This document shows positions 52,501-64,000 of a stretch of DNA of 64,000 bases, in pieces; positions within the stretch are counted from its first letter, which is position 1, and the number at the start of each line of letters is the position of its first letter. A program made the position numbers and the translations under genes. Under the pieces are notes generated by a model that worked only from the letters and a program-made list of their open reading frames with translations, did no database searches and had not been told where the DNA came from. Source of the DNA: Paragordius varius (taxonomy: Eukaryota; Animalia; Nematomorpha); contig OZ176053.1 in assembly GCA_964247055.1 (NCBI GenBank), positions 5,704,001-5,768,000 on the forward strand, written 5' to 3'.

Positions 52501-55500
52501 ATGGTGGTTACGGCTGGCCTAACAGGCCGTTTTCTAGGGTTTGGTTTTAGGCAATCTTTTCTTTCAACTTTTTCCGAAAAATTAAAAAATGGTCCGAATT
52601 TGGAAGATTTTATTCGCAAAGATCAAACAATACTATCAATTCCTCAAGCCATTACTGCATCTAGATTAAGGTATATTTTCTTTTATTTTGGTAAAATATA
52701 TATATCATCAAAGCTGTTGTTCTTCAGAGTTGAAGGTAGCTGATTTGAGATAAGTTTTTATTGCTGTTTTCCATTCTATTTTCCGCATCTTCTATTTTTA
52801 ATTTGGTCTCAGTAAGATTATCATATATAGTACTGATCCAGCTTTTGAAGGGTCTGCCAGGCTTTGAGCTAGGTGTGGAGTAGGACATCATTATATGTAT
52901 ATAATTATCTGGTGGTCTACGGTGGATGTGACCAGCCCATCTCAGTCTTTTAGCTCTTAGAAAGCGGTCAAGAGCAGTGATATTAAGGATTTTATAAGGG
53001 TCAAATTGATTATTAAAGTTAAAGAATTTAGGATTATGTACAAAAAGTATTGTATTGAGTATTTTGGATTCTGATCTTTGGAATTTACCAAGGTTTGACT
53101 TTGTCATGGGCCAACATTCCGTGCCGTAGGTTAGTGCGGGACGGATAATGGTAGAATATAATTGCAATTTTGTTTCAAGTTTTATGTATTTATTATTTAT
53201 TATGTGTTTTAGTGCATGGTATTTTTTCCATGCTTCAGATGATCTGTGTTTGAGGCCATCACTGATACCTCCTTTTGCGGATATTTCGTCACCCGGATAT
53301 TTAAAGTGGGTAACAGTTTCGTAATTGTAGGTATTAGGGATTGAATTTAAATTTTGTTCTGGTATGGGTAGGTTGTCGATGCAACTTGGGCAAGTAAAGG
53401 CATCAACCCTAAGTGATTTTAGGTTTGAGCATTTTTTATGTATCCAGAAATTACATTTAGTACACATTATAGAATTTGCCTTTACAGCTAGGCTGCAAAT
53501 TCTACATGGGTACTTAATGGGCTTTTTGGTAAAATATAATAATTTTTTAAAATTATATCACTATATTTATCTTTAAATAATTTGTTGTACAGATTACCCT
53601 GTTGGGTTAAAACTGAAATTCCAACCGGCCATAAATATTCTAAATTAAAATCAGAGCTAAGGGAATTAAATTTGCACACAGTATGTGAAGAAGCGAAATG
53701 TCCAAATATTGGTGAATGTTGGAGCGGAGGATCTGAAGGGACGTCTACTTGCACTATAATGGTATGGTTTTTTTTATTATAATAAAAAGACTTGTTCAAG
53801 CACAAAAAATCATTTATTAGCTTATGTCTATTGATTTTTAACATTTAAATCTGACATCGCTTGTGTGTAATTACGCTCTACTGCAGAGATTTTTTTAAAA
53901 AACTATGAAATCACGTTGAATGTGATTAGTATAATTATTAATTTTAATTTTTTTACACTTTTACTCTATTATATAAAAAAGTGTTTACACGTTCAAAAAT
54001 AACCTTTTATTTTAAATGATAAATTTCAAACCTGTTTTGGAAGTGAGCAGAAAAGTACCAGTAAGTTATTCGGATTCGGATCACCCAATTTCATACTGTG
54101 AGGAATATAGTATCACATGTTTTGCAACCTTAAAATATTATTTATTCCAAAACGACTTCTGAGACAATATTTTGTACCTAATTATACCATAATTTCTAAA
54201 CAACATTTGTTTTAAGATTATTTTAAAATATAAAAAGAAGAGATATAATCCTTTATTGAAATGATCTTTGATAATATACCTGGAAACAATATATTGTTAC
54301 AGATTTTACCCAAAATCGATTTTTTAAGAAGTCATAAAATAATGTCATACGTAATTTTATGAAGTTTATTCAATTTGTTAGTTGTTTTATCTCTATCATT
54401 CATTGCTATTTCTGTTACAAATTTTCATAGAAGTGATAATTTTTATTTCTAGTTAATGGGTGACACCTGTACACGGGGATGCCGTTTTTGCTCAGTAAAA
54501 ACTTCAAGAAAACCCAGCCCACCAGATCCTAATGAACCGTATCATACGGCAAAAACGATCGAAAAACTGGATGTTGATTACATTGTACTAACTTCAGTTG
54601 ATAGAGATGGTATTATTCGTTTTTTTTAACATGTCCTTTTAAGGTTAAATAACTTTTTCCCAATAAAATGGCCCTTGGTTTTGCGAAATTACGTATTCTT
54701 CTCTCACTAAAATATATTGATTTTAAAGAAAATATTGTACATTTTAAGTATCTTGCCTATCTATCTTAAAAAAATAAAATTTTTGTGCGTTTTTTGGAAA
54801 GAAAATTAGGTTGATGTAGAAAGAAATGAATGTGTAAAGCAATTCTCATTTTTTCTTATATTAAACTCTCGAAAAGCGTAGCAGAAATTTACAAAAGATT
54901 CTTATAAATTTATAGAAGTTTTAATGAAAGCTTGCCAAACTGTTCAAAAATATGGTTTAATATTATAGAATGTGGTAAGGTTTATCAATTTGCACGCTTC
55001 TATTTATAAATTTTATTAAAATATAATACAATTAAATATAATTTTAAATGATGATGATGAAAATATACCATTTACAGTTCAAATTCACCCTTTAATTCAA
55101 ATTCACCTTTTAACAATATAAATTCACCCTCGAACAATTTAAATTCACCCTAAAAATAAATTATATGTTTGCGAACTAATATAACTCATTATTAATATGA
55201 AATATATCTTTGTGGCATAGTTTATTATTTTTCAGTATTATTTTAATTTAAAACAAAATTTTATTTTTAAAAATATATAAAAATATAGGTAATTTTTAGA
55301 GGGGGAATTCGAATTGTTCGAGGGCGAATTTGAATATTTTTCAAGGTGAATTTGAATTTTTTAAGGGTGAATTTGAATTGTAAATGGTTTGCATTGGCTA
55401 TTTAAATATTATATAACAAAATAAAGATTTTTATCAACATTGATATATTAACACGATCATTTATCCTGGAAATTATTAGTTTATTTTTTGTATATTGAAG

Positions 55501-57475
55501 TTTGATTTTAACCATTAAAAAAATATTCTATCCATTTGTTCTACAAGAATTTATGGTTTTATCCCAAAATTAATGAAGCTTTAATTTTATTTTTTTGATA
55601 TTAGATTTACCCGATTATGGTTCAAATCATATCGCTTTGACTGTAAGGGAGTTGAAAAAAAGGTTGTAATTATAACTTAATTTTTTTATATTAATGTTTT
55701 TGGGTTCCTATAGAAGGTTAGCACTTTAAATGTAAAAGATGTAAATTCATTTATATAATTTGTTTATAATAAAAAAAAATTTATATCCGAACATTTTTGG
55801 TTTAAAAATATATGACCGTTAGCTTAATATTTATAAATTTATGGATTTAGAGCTAATATTAGCTTAAATATTGAATTTAATTATAAATGATTTTAATTAG
55901 TATTTGTAATTTAATACATATATAATCACATAAAATTATTAATATGTTTTTTAATATTATAATCATATCCTTCGTAACTATAATTTAATTTACGCCTCTT
56001 TACGAAAAGTTACATTTTAATTTAGAGTTCCTTAAATGTTAAATTTTCAGTTTTAAACTAAATTTATATGTCTTTGTCCAAAACAGGAAACCCAACTTAT
56101 TGGTGGAATGTTTAGTACCCGATTTTAAGGGGAGGGATGAGTGCGTTGAACAAATCGTTGACTCCGGTCTAAATGTATATGCTCACAATGTTGAAACAGT
56201 CGAAGTTTTGCAAAAGTAAAAAATATACAGGATATTAGTTTAATTAAGTCAACTTTTCATAAAATTTGAAAGTAATTTTATCATTTTTTCGTTATAATTA
56301 AAGGCACCGCATGCAAATTAAATAATTTGACAATTAATGGGGCAATTTAAATCAATTGTGGGAAAATTCATCAAATGTAATTTAATTTAATTTTTAAAAT
56401 AATTCATAACCTTACATTAGATATGTGCGTGACCCACGGGCTAATTATGCCCAATCTCTTCACGTGCTAAGAAAGGCCAAGGAATACGATCAATCATTGA
56501 AAAAAAATTGTTCTGATCAACCTGCTTTGCTAACTAAAACTTCCATAATGTTAGGCCTTGGGGAAAATGATGCTCAAATTTTACAAACCCTTAAAGGTTT
56601 ACTATTTATTGAATGATGTTTTTTATACATTTATGTTTATGTTGCTAAGGTCGATTCCGACTCACTCCAACGAAATTATATCTTTTCCACTCATTGCGTA
56701 GGGACGAATTTATTGATTCGTTCTTTTATAACACGTGTATTTTTTATTTTAAAGTTTACCCAATATATTATTATTAATTAACGAACTTAATTAATTCTTA
56801 TTATGGATTTTATAGCTTTAAAATTAAGTTGAATTATAGTTTTATCAAATATTGATTTTATTTGGAAATAGTATCAAGATTATTTTATTAGATATACGCG
56901 ACAACGGGGTGGATTGTTTAACACTTGGCCAATATATGCAACCTACAAAACGGCATCTTAAAGTAAACTTATGATTATTGTAATTTTTTTTACATTGATA
57001 AATTTATAATTTTCAGTGTTTGGGTTAATGCAAAATATTTCGTATGATAGGTTAAAGAATATGTTACGCCCGAAAAATTTGATTATTGGAAACGGATTGG
57101 TGAAGAAATGGGATTTCTGTATGTTGCTAGTGGACCTCTTGTTCGCTCTTCCTATCGAGCAGGTATTCAAAACTATATTAATTTTTATGAAAATATATAT
57201 TTTTTACATTTTTACCTATAACCAATTTTTTAGCCAAATTTAATTATATATATTAAATTAACTACTCTATTTATTAGTATGCTTTGTTTTAATGATTTGA
57301 TATTATATCCAAATTTAATTTAATTAGTCATTGTGTATCACCTATTCCGTTTAATTAACTTTTCATTTCGTAAAGTATATTACAAATATGTATTTTTATC
57401 ACAGGTGAATACTATATCAAAAATATAATCCATAATCGGAAAAAGAAAATAACTATGGCATCCGGTTCGCAATAA
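52501..57475 (+). CDS. LIAS: Mitochondrial lipoyl synthase (radical SAM), multi-exon
   Basis: Presequence-like N-terminus, then [10 protein letters not shown]; [11 protein letters not shown]; [17 protein letters not shown] (CX4CX5C); [16 protein letters not shown] (CX3CX2C); YAHNVETV; [10 protein letters not shown]; [10 protein letters not shown]; [13 protein letters not shown]; stop TAA at 57473-57475. Confidence 0.97.
52701..53523 (-). mobile_element. 5'-truncated RTE-type non-LTR retrotransposon inserted antisense in LIAS intron 1
   Basis: Flanked by the 15-bp direct repeat TTTTGGTAAAATATA (52686-52700 and 53524-53538). An open frame encodes [29 protein letters not shown]...FTCPSC (PHD-like finger), [28 protein letters not shown] and GRPFKSW, typical of the region after the RTE reverse transcriptase domain. 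Confidence 0.9.
55064..55388. mobile_element. MITE family A copy, in a LIAS intron
   Basis: TATACCATTTACAGTTCAAATTCACCC...GGGTGAATTTGAATTGTAAATGGT with the shared core. Confidence 0.88.
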
Positions 57476-58202
57476 CCTATCTTCGTGATAAATTTTGTCA
57501 ACAGAGATATCTGCTTAAATTATATCATTATTTAAATAATAATGGAAATGTCAAATACATTGTTTCCTTACAAAATGAGTAATTTTATAAATTTTTAAAT
57601 CACGGTAATGAACCTATCAAAAATAGATACTCTTTCATCTTTTGTTACTTCGTTTGTTGTGCTCAAGGGGAATTGAAAATTACATGGTGTCACAAATTGG
57701 CCTTGAATATTTTAATTTTTTTATTGTTTTGAGATGTAAAATATTGAAAATCGCAAGCTTAGAATAAAAAAATGAAATTTAAATCACCGAATTCTCCGGA
57801 TTATGAGTCAAAAAAAAATCCTTTCAGATAAAAATTGCAATATTACAAAATTATTTTAATATTCATACTAATACTAATTTATTCCATGCGTGCTGAGAAC
57901 CATACAATGTATCATAGTAGGTAATATAAAATATTGTACGGTTAAAGGGATGACAAGATATTGGTGAATATGAGCTAATATATAGGTTTGACCCTTGTTT
58001 TAATTTAATAAATACAAATTTTATGGATGTATTGTATACGCATAAAATTAACTCCAAATAATAAAAATTAATTAACATATCAAAAAAATATTGAGTAAAA
58101 AATACAATAAAGTAACAATTGCACCTACGCATTTTATAATTAAGTTCTATAAAGAAAGGTGTGAATAAACTAACATCTAAAAAAAGTATCCAGAGAAAAC
58201 TT

Positions 58203-59429
58203 TTAACTAATCGATAAAAGTTTTTCGAGCGAAGGTGTCCGATGGAAACAGAGTTTATTATAACTATTGCTGTTTCTAATCATCGGTCTTTGTGGTGTGA
58301 TCGATGGAACAATAGGATAATACATATGAGCATTAATATATTTATCAATTTCAATCAAATTATTATCAGTCTCGCTCAATGCAACGTTGGGTGAAAGGGA
58401 AGATTTTCGTTTATGTTGGTTGTTACTATGGTGTTGTTTAGGAGCAGACGATGTATACTGTTGTTGTGAATGTTTCCTACGTATTTTGGGCAACAAAATG
58501 TGATGATTTTTTTCTTCATTTGAGAATGGTTCATTGGTATTTACTTCATTTTTATTGCTTTTATCATCAGCGGTCAGATCTATGGAATCGGAATTTTCTT
58601 GTAGATTATCATCGTTACCCGTGGCTTTGGTATTATTTTGACATGTTGAAGGTAGTGGTGATGTTATATTAGCCACAATGTCTGTCAATTGAGTGTCTTG
58701 TATGGGAGATGTAAGAGATAACTTTGGTGACGTTATGGCTATTTCTGGGATATCTGATAGCGTTGATTGTTTTTCTTTTGCCATATTTGCTAGATTTAAT
58801 GGCGTAAAAGATACCCTGCCACGACTATTGTTGTTTCTTAAGATTGAACCTAAATTATGATCGGCATTGATTGGATGAGCCACGGATGCTCTTTTCCGCA
58901 AACTGTTAATTTGTTTGTAAGGCAAATCTTGTTTTTCTTCAAGTTTGATAAGTTCATTTGATAGAGGGTTAGATACATTTTCATTTAAATCTGGATCATA
59001 AGTTTGGCCATATAGAAATGGGATAGCAAAAGACGTTGACCTGGGCCTTTGTGGACCTTTTTTATTAACTTTATATGTTGGGCAATATAGGTATCCTGGA
59101 TCAAGAATGCTCATTCTTCTGCGCCCACCTGGTTCATCTTGACTACCAGAGCAGGCTAAAATATTTGAGAGATTTGGGGTTGGGAGATTATTATGCGATG
59201 TTGCACATACATTATCAGGTATAAATTGATAAATTTTATTGAGATCACGCAAGCTTTCCAGCTCTTTTAATTCCTCTTCGGATTCATCATATTCATCCTG
59301 ATTTTCGCAGGCATCTATTTGTTTGTCTTCCGAATTTGGGATTGGATCTTTATGATTTTTGGAGTCATCAGGTTTCAATAAGAAATCATTGGCTTTTTCG
59401 ATTATTGGTGGATCAGATCCGGTTAACAT
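58203..59429 (-). CDS. Orphan 408-aa single-exon, predicted disordered protein with short linear motifs
   Basis: A 1227-nt uninterrupted frame in very AT-rich DNA, with an in-frame TAA 15 nt upstream of the ATG. It is S/N/P/D/E/K-rich with no recognisable folded domain, and contains GSILR, RVSF, PEIAIT and several R/K-R/K-x-S sites. Confidence 0.75.
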   Translation of the reverse strand: MLTGSDPPIIEKANDFLLKPDDSKNHKDPIPNSEDKQIDACENQDEYDESEEELKELESLRDLNKIYQFIPDNVCATSHNNLPTPNLSNILACSGSQDEPGGRRRMSILDPGYLYCPTYKVNKKGPQRPRSTSFAIPFLYGQTYDPDLNENVSNPLSNELIKLEEKQDLPYKQINSLRKRASVAHPINADHNLGSILRNNNSRGRVSFTPLNLANMAKEKQSTLSDIPEIAITSPKLSLTSPIQDTQLTDIVANITSPLPSTCQNNTKATGNDDNLQENSDSIDLTADDKSNKNEVNTNEPFSNEEKNHHILLPKIRRKHSQQQYTSSAPKQHHSNNQHKRKSSLSPNVALSETDNNLIEIDKYINAHMYYPIVPSITPQRPMIRNSNSYNKLCFHRTPSLEKLLSIS

Positions 59430-62400
59430 AATGTAACAATTTTAATGCGAATCTCAATTTGTGTAATATCTACGAATTATGCATATATAATTGATAGTTA
59501 ATTAATTAATTTTGATAAAAAGTAAACAAATAACGTACGTATATATAGACCTAACAAACACACAAATGTGAAAGACTATTTTTATTATAAAAAAATTGGT
59601 ATATATACGAATGTTTATTTTTAGTATCACATGCAATTTTCTACCTACTAACTAAAATAAACATGCGTGTGTAGTTATTAGAAAAAAACTGTATTATTAT
59701 TAGATCAAAAATGGACCTATTAAATATTATCTAATATTGGTACCTCAAAACGAAAATCCTAAAAACATAATACTAAAACTACGAAATCCAAATTCTTATA
59801 TATATACGCATGTTTTATATTTTCTGTAATGTATTAATTTTTGAGGTTTTTTTCACTGTTAAATTTAAAAATGTATACGTATTCCTTGTGATTGAGTATA
59901 ATTATGTATGATAAGACACAAAAATTGCGCGCTTTCGTGCCACAGTGTGCCAAAAATAAACGGACACATACAATTTATGAATATATTTCTTATCGATTTT
60001 TTAGCCAATAAAATAATTTTTGCCAAATATGTATCTGCGACTAAATGTAAAAATCTACACTCCTCTATAATAATTAGGGGGTAGAATTTTACAAAATTTT
60101 AATCATAATATATATTTTAAATATAATAATCCTTTGACATAAAACAGTTAGTTATGTGCAAACATAAATTATGGTAAGCTAGAACAAAATTCATTAGTGT
60201 TTGTTAAACAAAAATAAATAAACCATGTAGCAGCAGTAGAATAATATGTAACTATAAATTATAATTTATTTTTTTGGTTAGTTTTTCTGTTTTATATATT
60301 TGAAATTATATAAATGTCCAATTTTTTTGTGTGACAGTAATTGCAAAGTAATGTTAATACCACAACAAATTAAACAAATATTAAATAAACGTTATAATAA
60401 ATCATTTTTGGCACAAATTAATTTTTTTCCTAAAACAAAATATTTCTATATGGAATTAGTCGTGTTCACATTATTGACCAGTTTTTATTTTTTATGAAGT
60501 AAAAAAACACAATTTCATGTATGAAAGAAATGGTCTGGATTATTTTGACATTCAAAGTTAAAATGTATTGTAATCGCGATGAGTATAATTATATTAGTTT
60601 TTCTTATTTTGACAATCACACACAGCTGACCCTAAGTAATAAAAGTTTGGCTGATTTTAGAGACTTAATAATTGTTGAGATTTACTAAGAGGGCTGTCCA
60701 AGGCGTCATATTATTACTATTAATTTCACCAAGTTATACTAAGTTTATTGCCGAAATTTGGAGACTTCTTAAGAACATTTATTGTTTGGAAATATCATAA
60801 GATTTTAAAAATAGCATTGTTAAACTAGGGAACCACGAATTTATATGGTAATTTTCCGCGCATAGACAAAATATCTTGGAGGGCCTTATGTTGGAAACTC
60901 CTGGCTTAGATATTGTGACTTTTATTTTTTATATAAAATTTTCATTTAATTGGAAAACAATATAAATTAATATCCTGCACATTTTGAGGTTTATATCAAT
61001 GAATTTAAATTTTGATCGATAATTTTTACTATAAAAAACAATTTAATGAATAATTTAGGGTAATCGGTATTCTTTTTTATTTAATTACAAATGACCTTAG
61101 TTTATTGAAAAAATATTAAAATTATAATACTTAACAGTTTAAATTTAAAAAAAACTATGTCAAAATCCAAAATTATAAAATAAAATTTGTGTCATATATA
61201 TGCTAATATTAGATATTATAAATTTGCAAAATAATATTTATTAATTTACCAGTTTTGAGAGAAGGTGTTAAAAATATTAAAACGTAAATTTAATGACAAA
61301 ATTAATAAGACGAAATAAAATGCATAAAAGACAGACGACATAGTAATGATATATCGTTCAAGTTAGTCACGTACACATCTCAAACAACCAACAAGACGCG
61401 TTTAAAAAATTTAAATTAAAATTTGATTTAAATGATCTAAAAAAATAATTGTAAAATTATGGTTGATCCTTAAAAAAGTTTTAAATGTCAAAGACGTTAA
61501 GTTAAGGGAAAATTAAAACATTACCAGAGTCCAAAATGATTCGAATGTTTTATATGAATAACATAATTATTAAGCCTAATATATATTTTCTGGAAAAAAT
61601 GGTAAAAAAACAAATATTCAACAATCATGAAAAGTGCTTTAGTGGTTTATTAATATAATCTATCGCTCTGTTTTAAATATGCAAATGCAAAAAATTTTTA
61701 ATATGAATATTCATGAGTTTAGTTATTATTTTTTAATTAAATGAATTTTAATAAATATTGATATTAATTTTACAGTAAATGATTCTTCACGTAAAAAGAA
61801 TAACGTTTATTCCATATCATTCATTAAATTAAATATTAGTTTGAATTAAACTGCAGTTATAAAGTTTAGATCCCTACTCAAAAGTTAAATACAACTTAGT
61901 CGGAATTCTTAATCAAAATTTAATTAAACGAAATTAAAAATCTAGTGTCCGTTGTTAAATGTAATATATAGAATCATTATATGAATAAATATTTTAAAAA
62001 AGCTTGGCTAAAACAACAACGATAAAATTTGTAACAGATTCAGTTAGCGGGCCGCATTCGGCTTTACGCTACTTTCTCTGAGGTTCGTGAAACATTAATA
62101 AAAAAGAGTGCTTTTCAGATAAAATTATCACATATACAGCATTTAGGTTTAATTGGTTCTTAAGAAATAAAATTAGTTAAAATTATTTGGCTGTATGATA
62201 AAATCATAAGAATGATTTTTATTAAATGAATTTGTGGTTATTAACATAAATGAGTATTCTTATTAAACATTATCATAGCAGATAGAACATAACATGTTAG
62301 TTATTCTGTTACCGATATTTTTTCAAAAAGGCTCCTTTTTAATTTTAAATTAATTTACTGAACACAAAAGTTGCTTGGACGGGTAAAGTGTTGGTCAATT

Positions 62401-62499
62401 TTTTTATTATCCAAGTTTAAGCCCAGATCAGATAATTTCGCTTTTGTAGAAAGCTATGTAAGATTTATAAAAGAAAGGTCGATAGAAATTTAGGTAAAA

Positions 62500-64000
62500 A
62501 TACTATCTGGCCCTGTCACGCTTCGCTGTAACGCAGTCTCACCAATAATTATTCTTAATAATTTGCAATAAATAGAGGTAATGAAGATAAAAAAATTAAA
62601 AAAAAACATATTTAATAAAAAAATGTCTTTAAATAATCTTTTACAGGTTTTTGAAAAGGCTCAAATATTGTTTACTCCATATTGACCATATTTAAACTGT
62701 TCCTTATTAAAGTTAATATTCACCTATCATTGGAATTATTTTAAGATTTTCATTTTAATGAATCAGGGTTAAAAGTTTTATTTTGAAATTGTGTTTACCC
62801 AATACAGGAATATAAAGTAAATCATTTGTGGTCCCTTTATAAAGGAAAGAATGATATTAGAATTGCCCAGAATATGTTTAACTGAACTCGTATGGCTTCT
62901 TAAGTTTTTTAAAAATTAGCTCCAAAACCACCCCATTTTTGTATGGCTCTCAGTTCTAAACCGGTAGACTCCTACCCATAGACCTATATGGAAAAGCGCT
63001 GAGTTAAATTGTTTGCCTTTATAGAGCAAATATTTGGAATCATCTTTGATACCATCGTCTCATGGGTTATTCGAAAAAATACCTCAACACTAAATAATCG
63101 TTATATGATGGCGTTTTATGGCATAAAGGACCCAAATCGGCTAATAAAAAACTGCTGACCTTTTTTACCTAGTTACGGGTAATATTTCAAGATTTTAATG
63201 AGCTCATATGCCTTCATAAACTCTCTGTAAATTCCCAAAACAACGCAATTATATAGTGGCGCAGTTTTTGGCGGTTAGTCCTAAACCAGGGGCAGGTATA
63301 AAAAAAAGCGTTGGGCAAAATTTTTCCTTTATATGGGGAATATCTGGAATTATCATGGATTCCATATGTTCCTATTTGACTCATAGGTTTTCTGATATTT
63401 GGCTTTAAAGGCATGATGTATCGATATGGAGACGCAGTTTTACGGGGGTAGCTCCCTACCCATAGGCTGATACAAAAAAAAGCGCTTGATTAGAATTTTT
63501 TCCTTTTTGCGGAAAATGCCTGGAATCAGGATTGATTCCATATTCTTAGTTTTTGGAAAAATGCCTCAGAACTGAAAAATCATTCTATGGTGGCGCATTT
63601 TTCAGGGCGTGAAGGGCCTATTTAACGGCTAATTTTAAAAAACCGTACTACTAAATTTTTGCCTTATCGCGGGTAATATTTTAAGCACCTATTTTAAACT
63701 CATATGTGATAGGTTTTCTAATTTAGCCCTAAAGGCACGCTATTTTGATACGATGGGGCAGTTTTTAGCGAGTATCTCCCTACCCAACAGCCAAAAAAAC
63801 GCACTACTAAAATTTTTACTTTTTAACAGGGGGTATCTAGAATCCTCATTGAATTCTAACGGTCTCAACCTTGGGCGAAAAATAGATCCAAGGAATTATT
63901 TTTGTGGACTTGGTTTTTTGAAAAAAATAGCATTTTACGGTAGGAGCGGGTAATAAGAGGGCCTAAATTAAAAAAGCGAGCCGACTACGTTCGACGCAAG
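62500..64000 (-). mobile_element. Second Helitron-like end plus the same satellite family, running off the window
   Basis: 63759-64000 aligns by eye with 3250-3490 (cagtttttagcg..tatctcc...actaaaattttt..cttttaacagg...gggcgaaaaatagat...gagggcctaaat). Degenerate monomers occur from about 62940. A hairpin plus an ATAG-T degenerate terminus lies near 62502-62535. Confidence 0.55.

Noticed and set aside
56640-56720. GGTCGATTCC B-box-like sequence (tRNA or SINE)
   Set aside because: No A-box or cloverleaf could be built, and no second copy occurs in the window.
7470-57475. U12-type or non-canonical introns and intronic box C/D snoRNAs
   Set aside because: All junctions I traced are GT-AG. ATATCCTT-like strings are not at exon borders, and TGATGA motifs lack a paired CTGA and terminal stem. 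INTS1 junctions were not all checked.
57863-58132. 89-aa hydrophobic minus-strand ORF downstream of the orphan gene
   Set aside because: Its F/I/Y/N-rich composition is what AT-rich non-coding DNA produces. No homology was recognised, and it is probably 3' UTR or intergenic.
60600-60910. GC-richer patch with FYYLGS on the minus strand (possible LINE relic)
   Set aside because: There are multiple stops and only one motif, which is insufficient to call.

Overview
Very AT-rich, intron-containing eukaryotic (metazoan-type) nuclear DNA in the standard genetic code. By translating across splice junctions I can support eight protein genes: SNRPD1 (-), INTS1 (+), ACTR6/ARP6 (-), PRPF6 (+), an intronless AQP11/12-type aquaporin with one in-frame TGA (-), a ZDHHC3/7-type palmitoyltransferase (-), lipoyl synthase LIAS (+), and an orphan 408-aa disordered ORF (-). 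The architecture is unusual. Divergent start codons lie only 55 and 37 nt apart, and convergent stop codons are 100-170 nt apart. Eight introns of 22-29 nt cluster at gene 5' ends, while internal introns are inflated by palindromic MITEs and (TA)n tracts. Mobile DNA includes an 8-copy MITE family with 21-bp subterminal repeats, two ~1 kb foldback elements, Helitron-like ends carrying a ~150/474-bp satellite, and a 5'-truncated RTE-type LINE with a 15-bp target-site duplication. The short introns and compact spacing suggest a reduced animal genome such as a myxozoan or mesozoan, but this is inference and cannot be settled from the window. The best leads are the near-zero-length bidirectional promoters, the 5'-polarised ultrashort introns, the aquaporin internal UGA, and the orphan ORF carrying SILK, RVxF and PxIxIT phosphatase-docking motifs. 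I found no tRNA, rRNA or CRISPR array. All homology statements come from recalled family sequences, not database searches.
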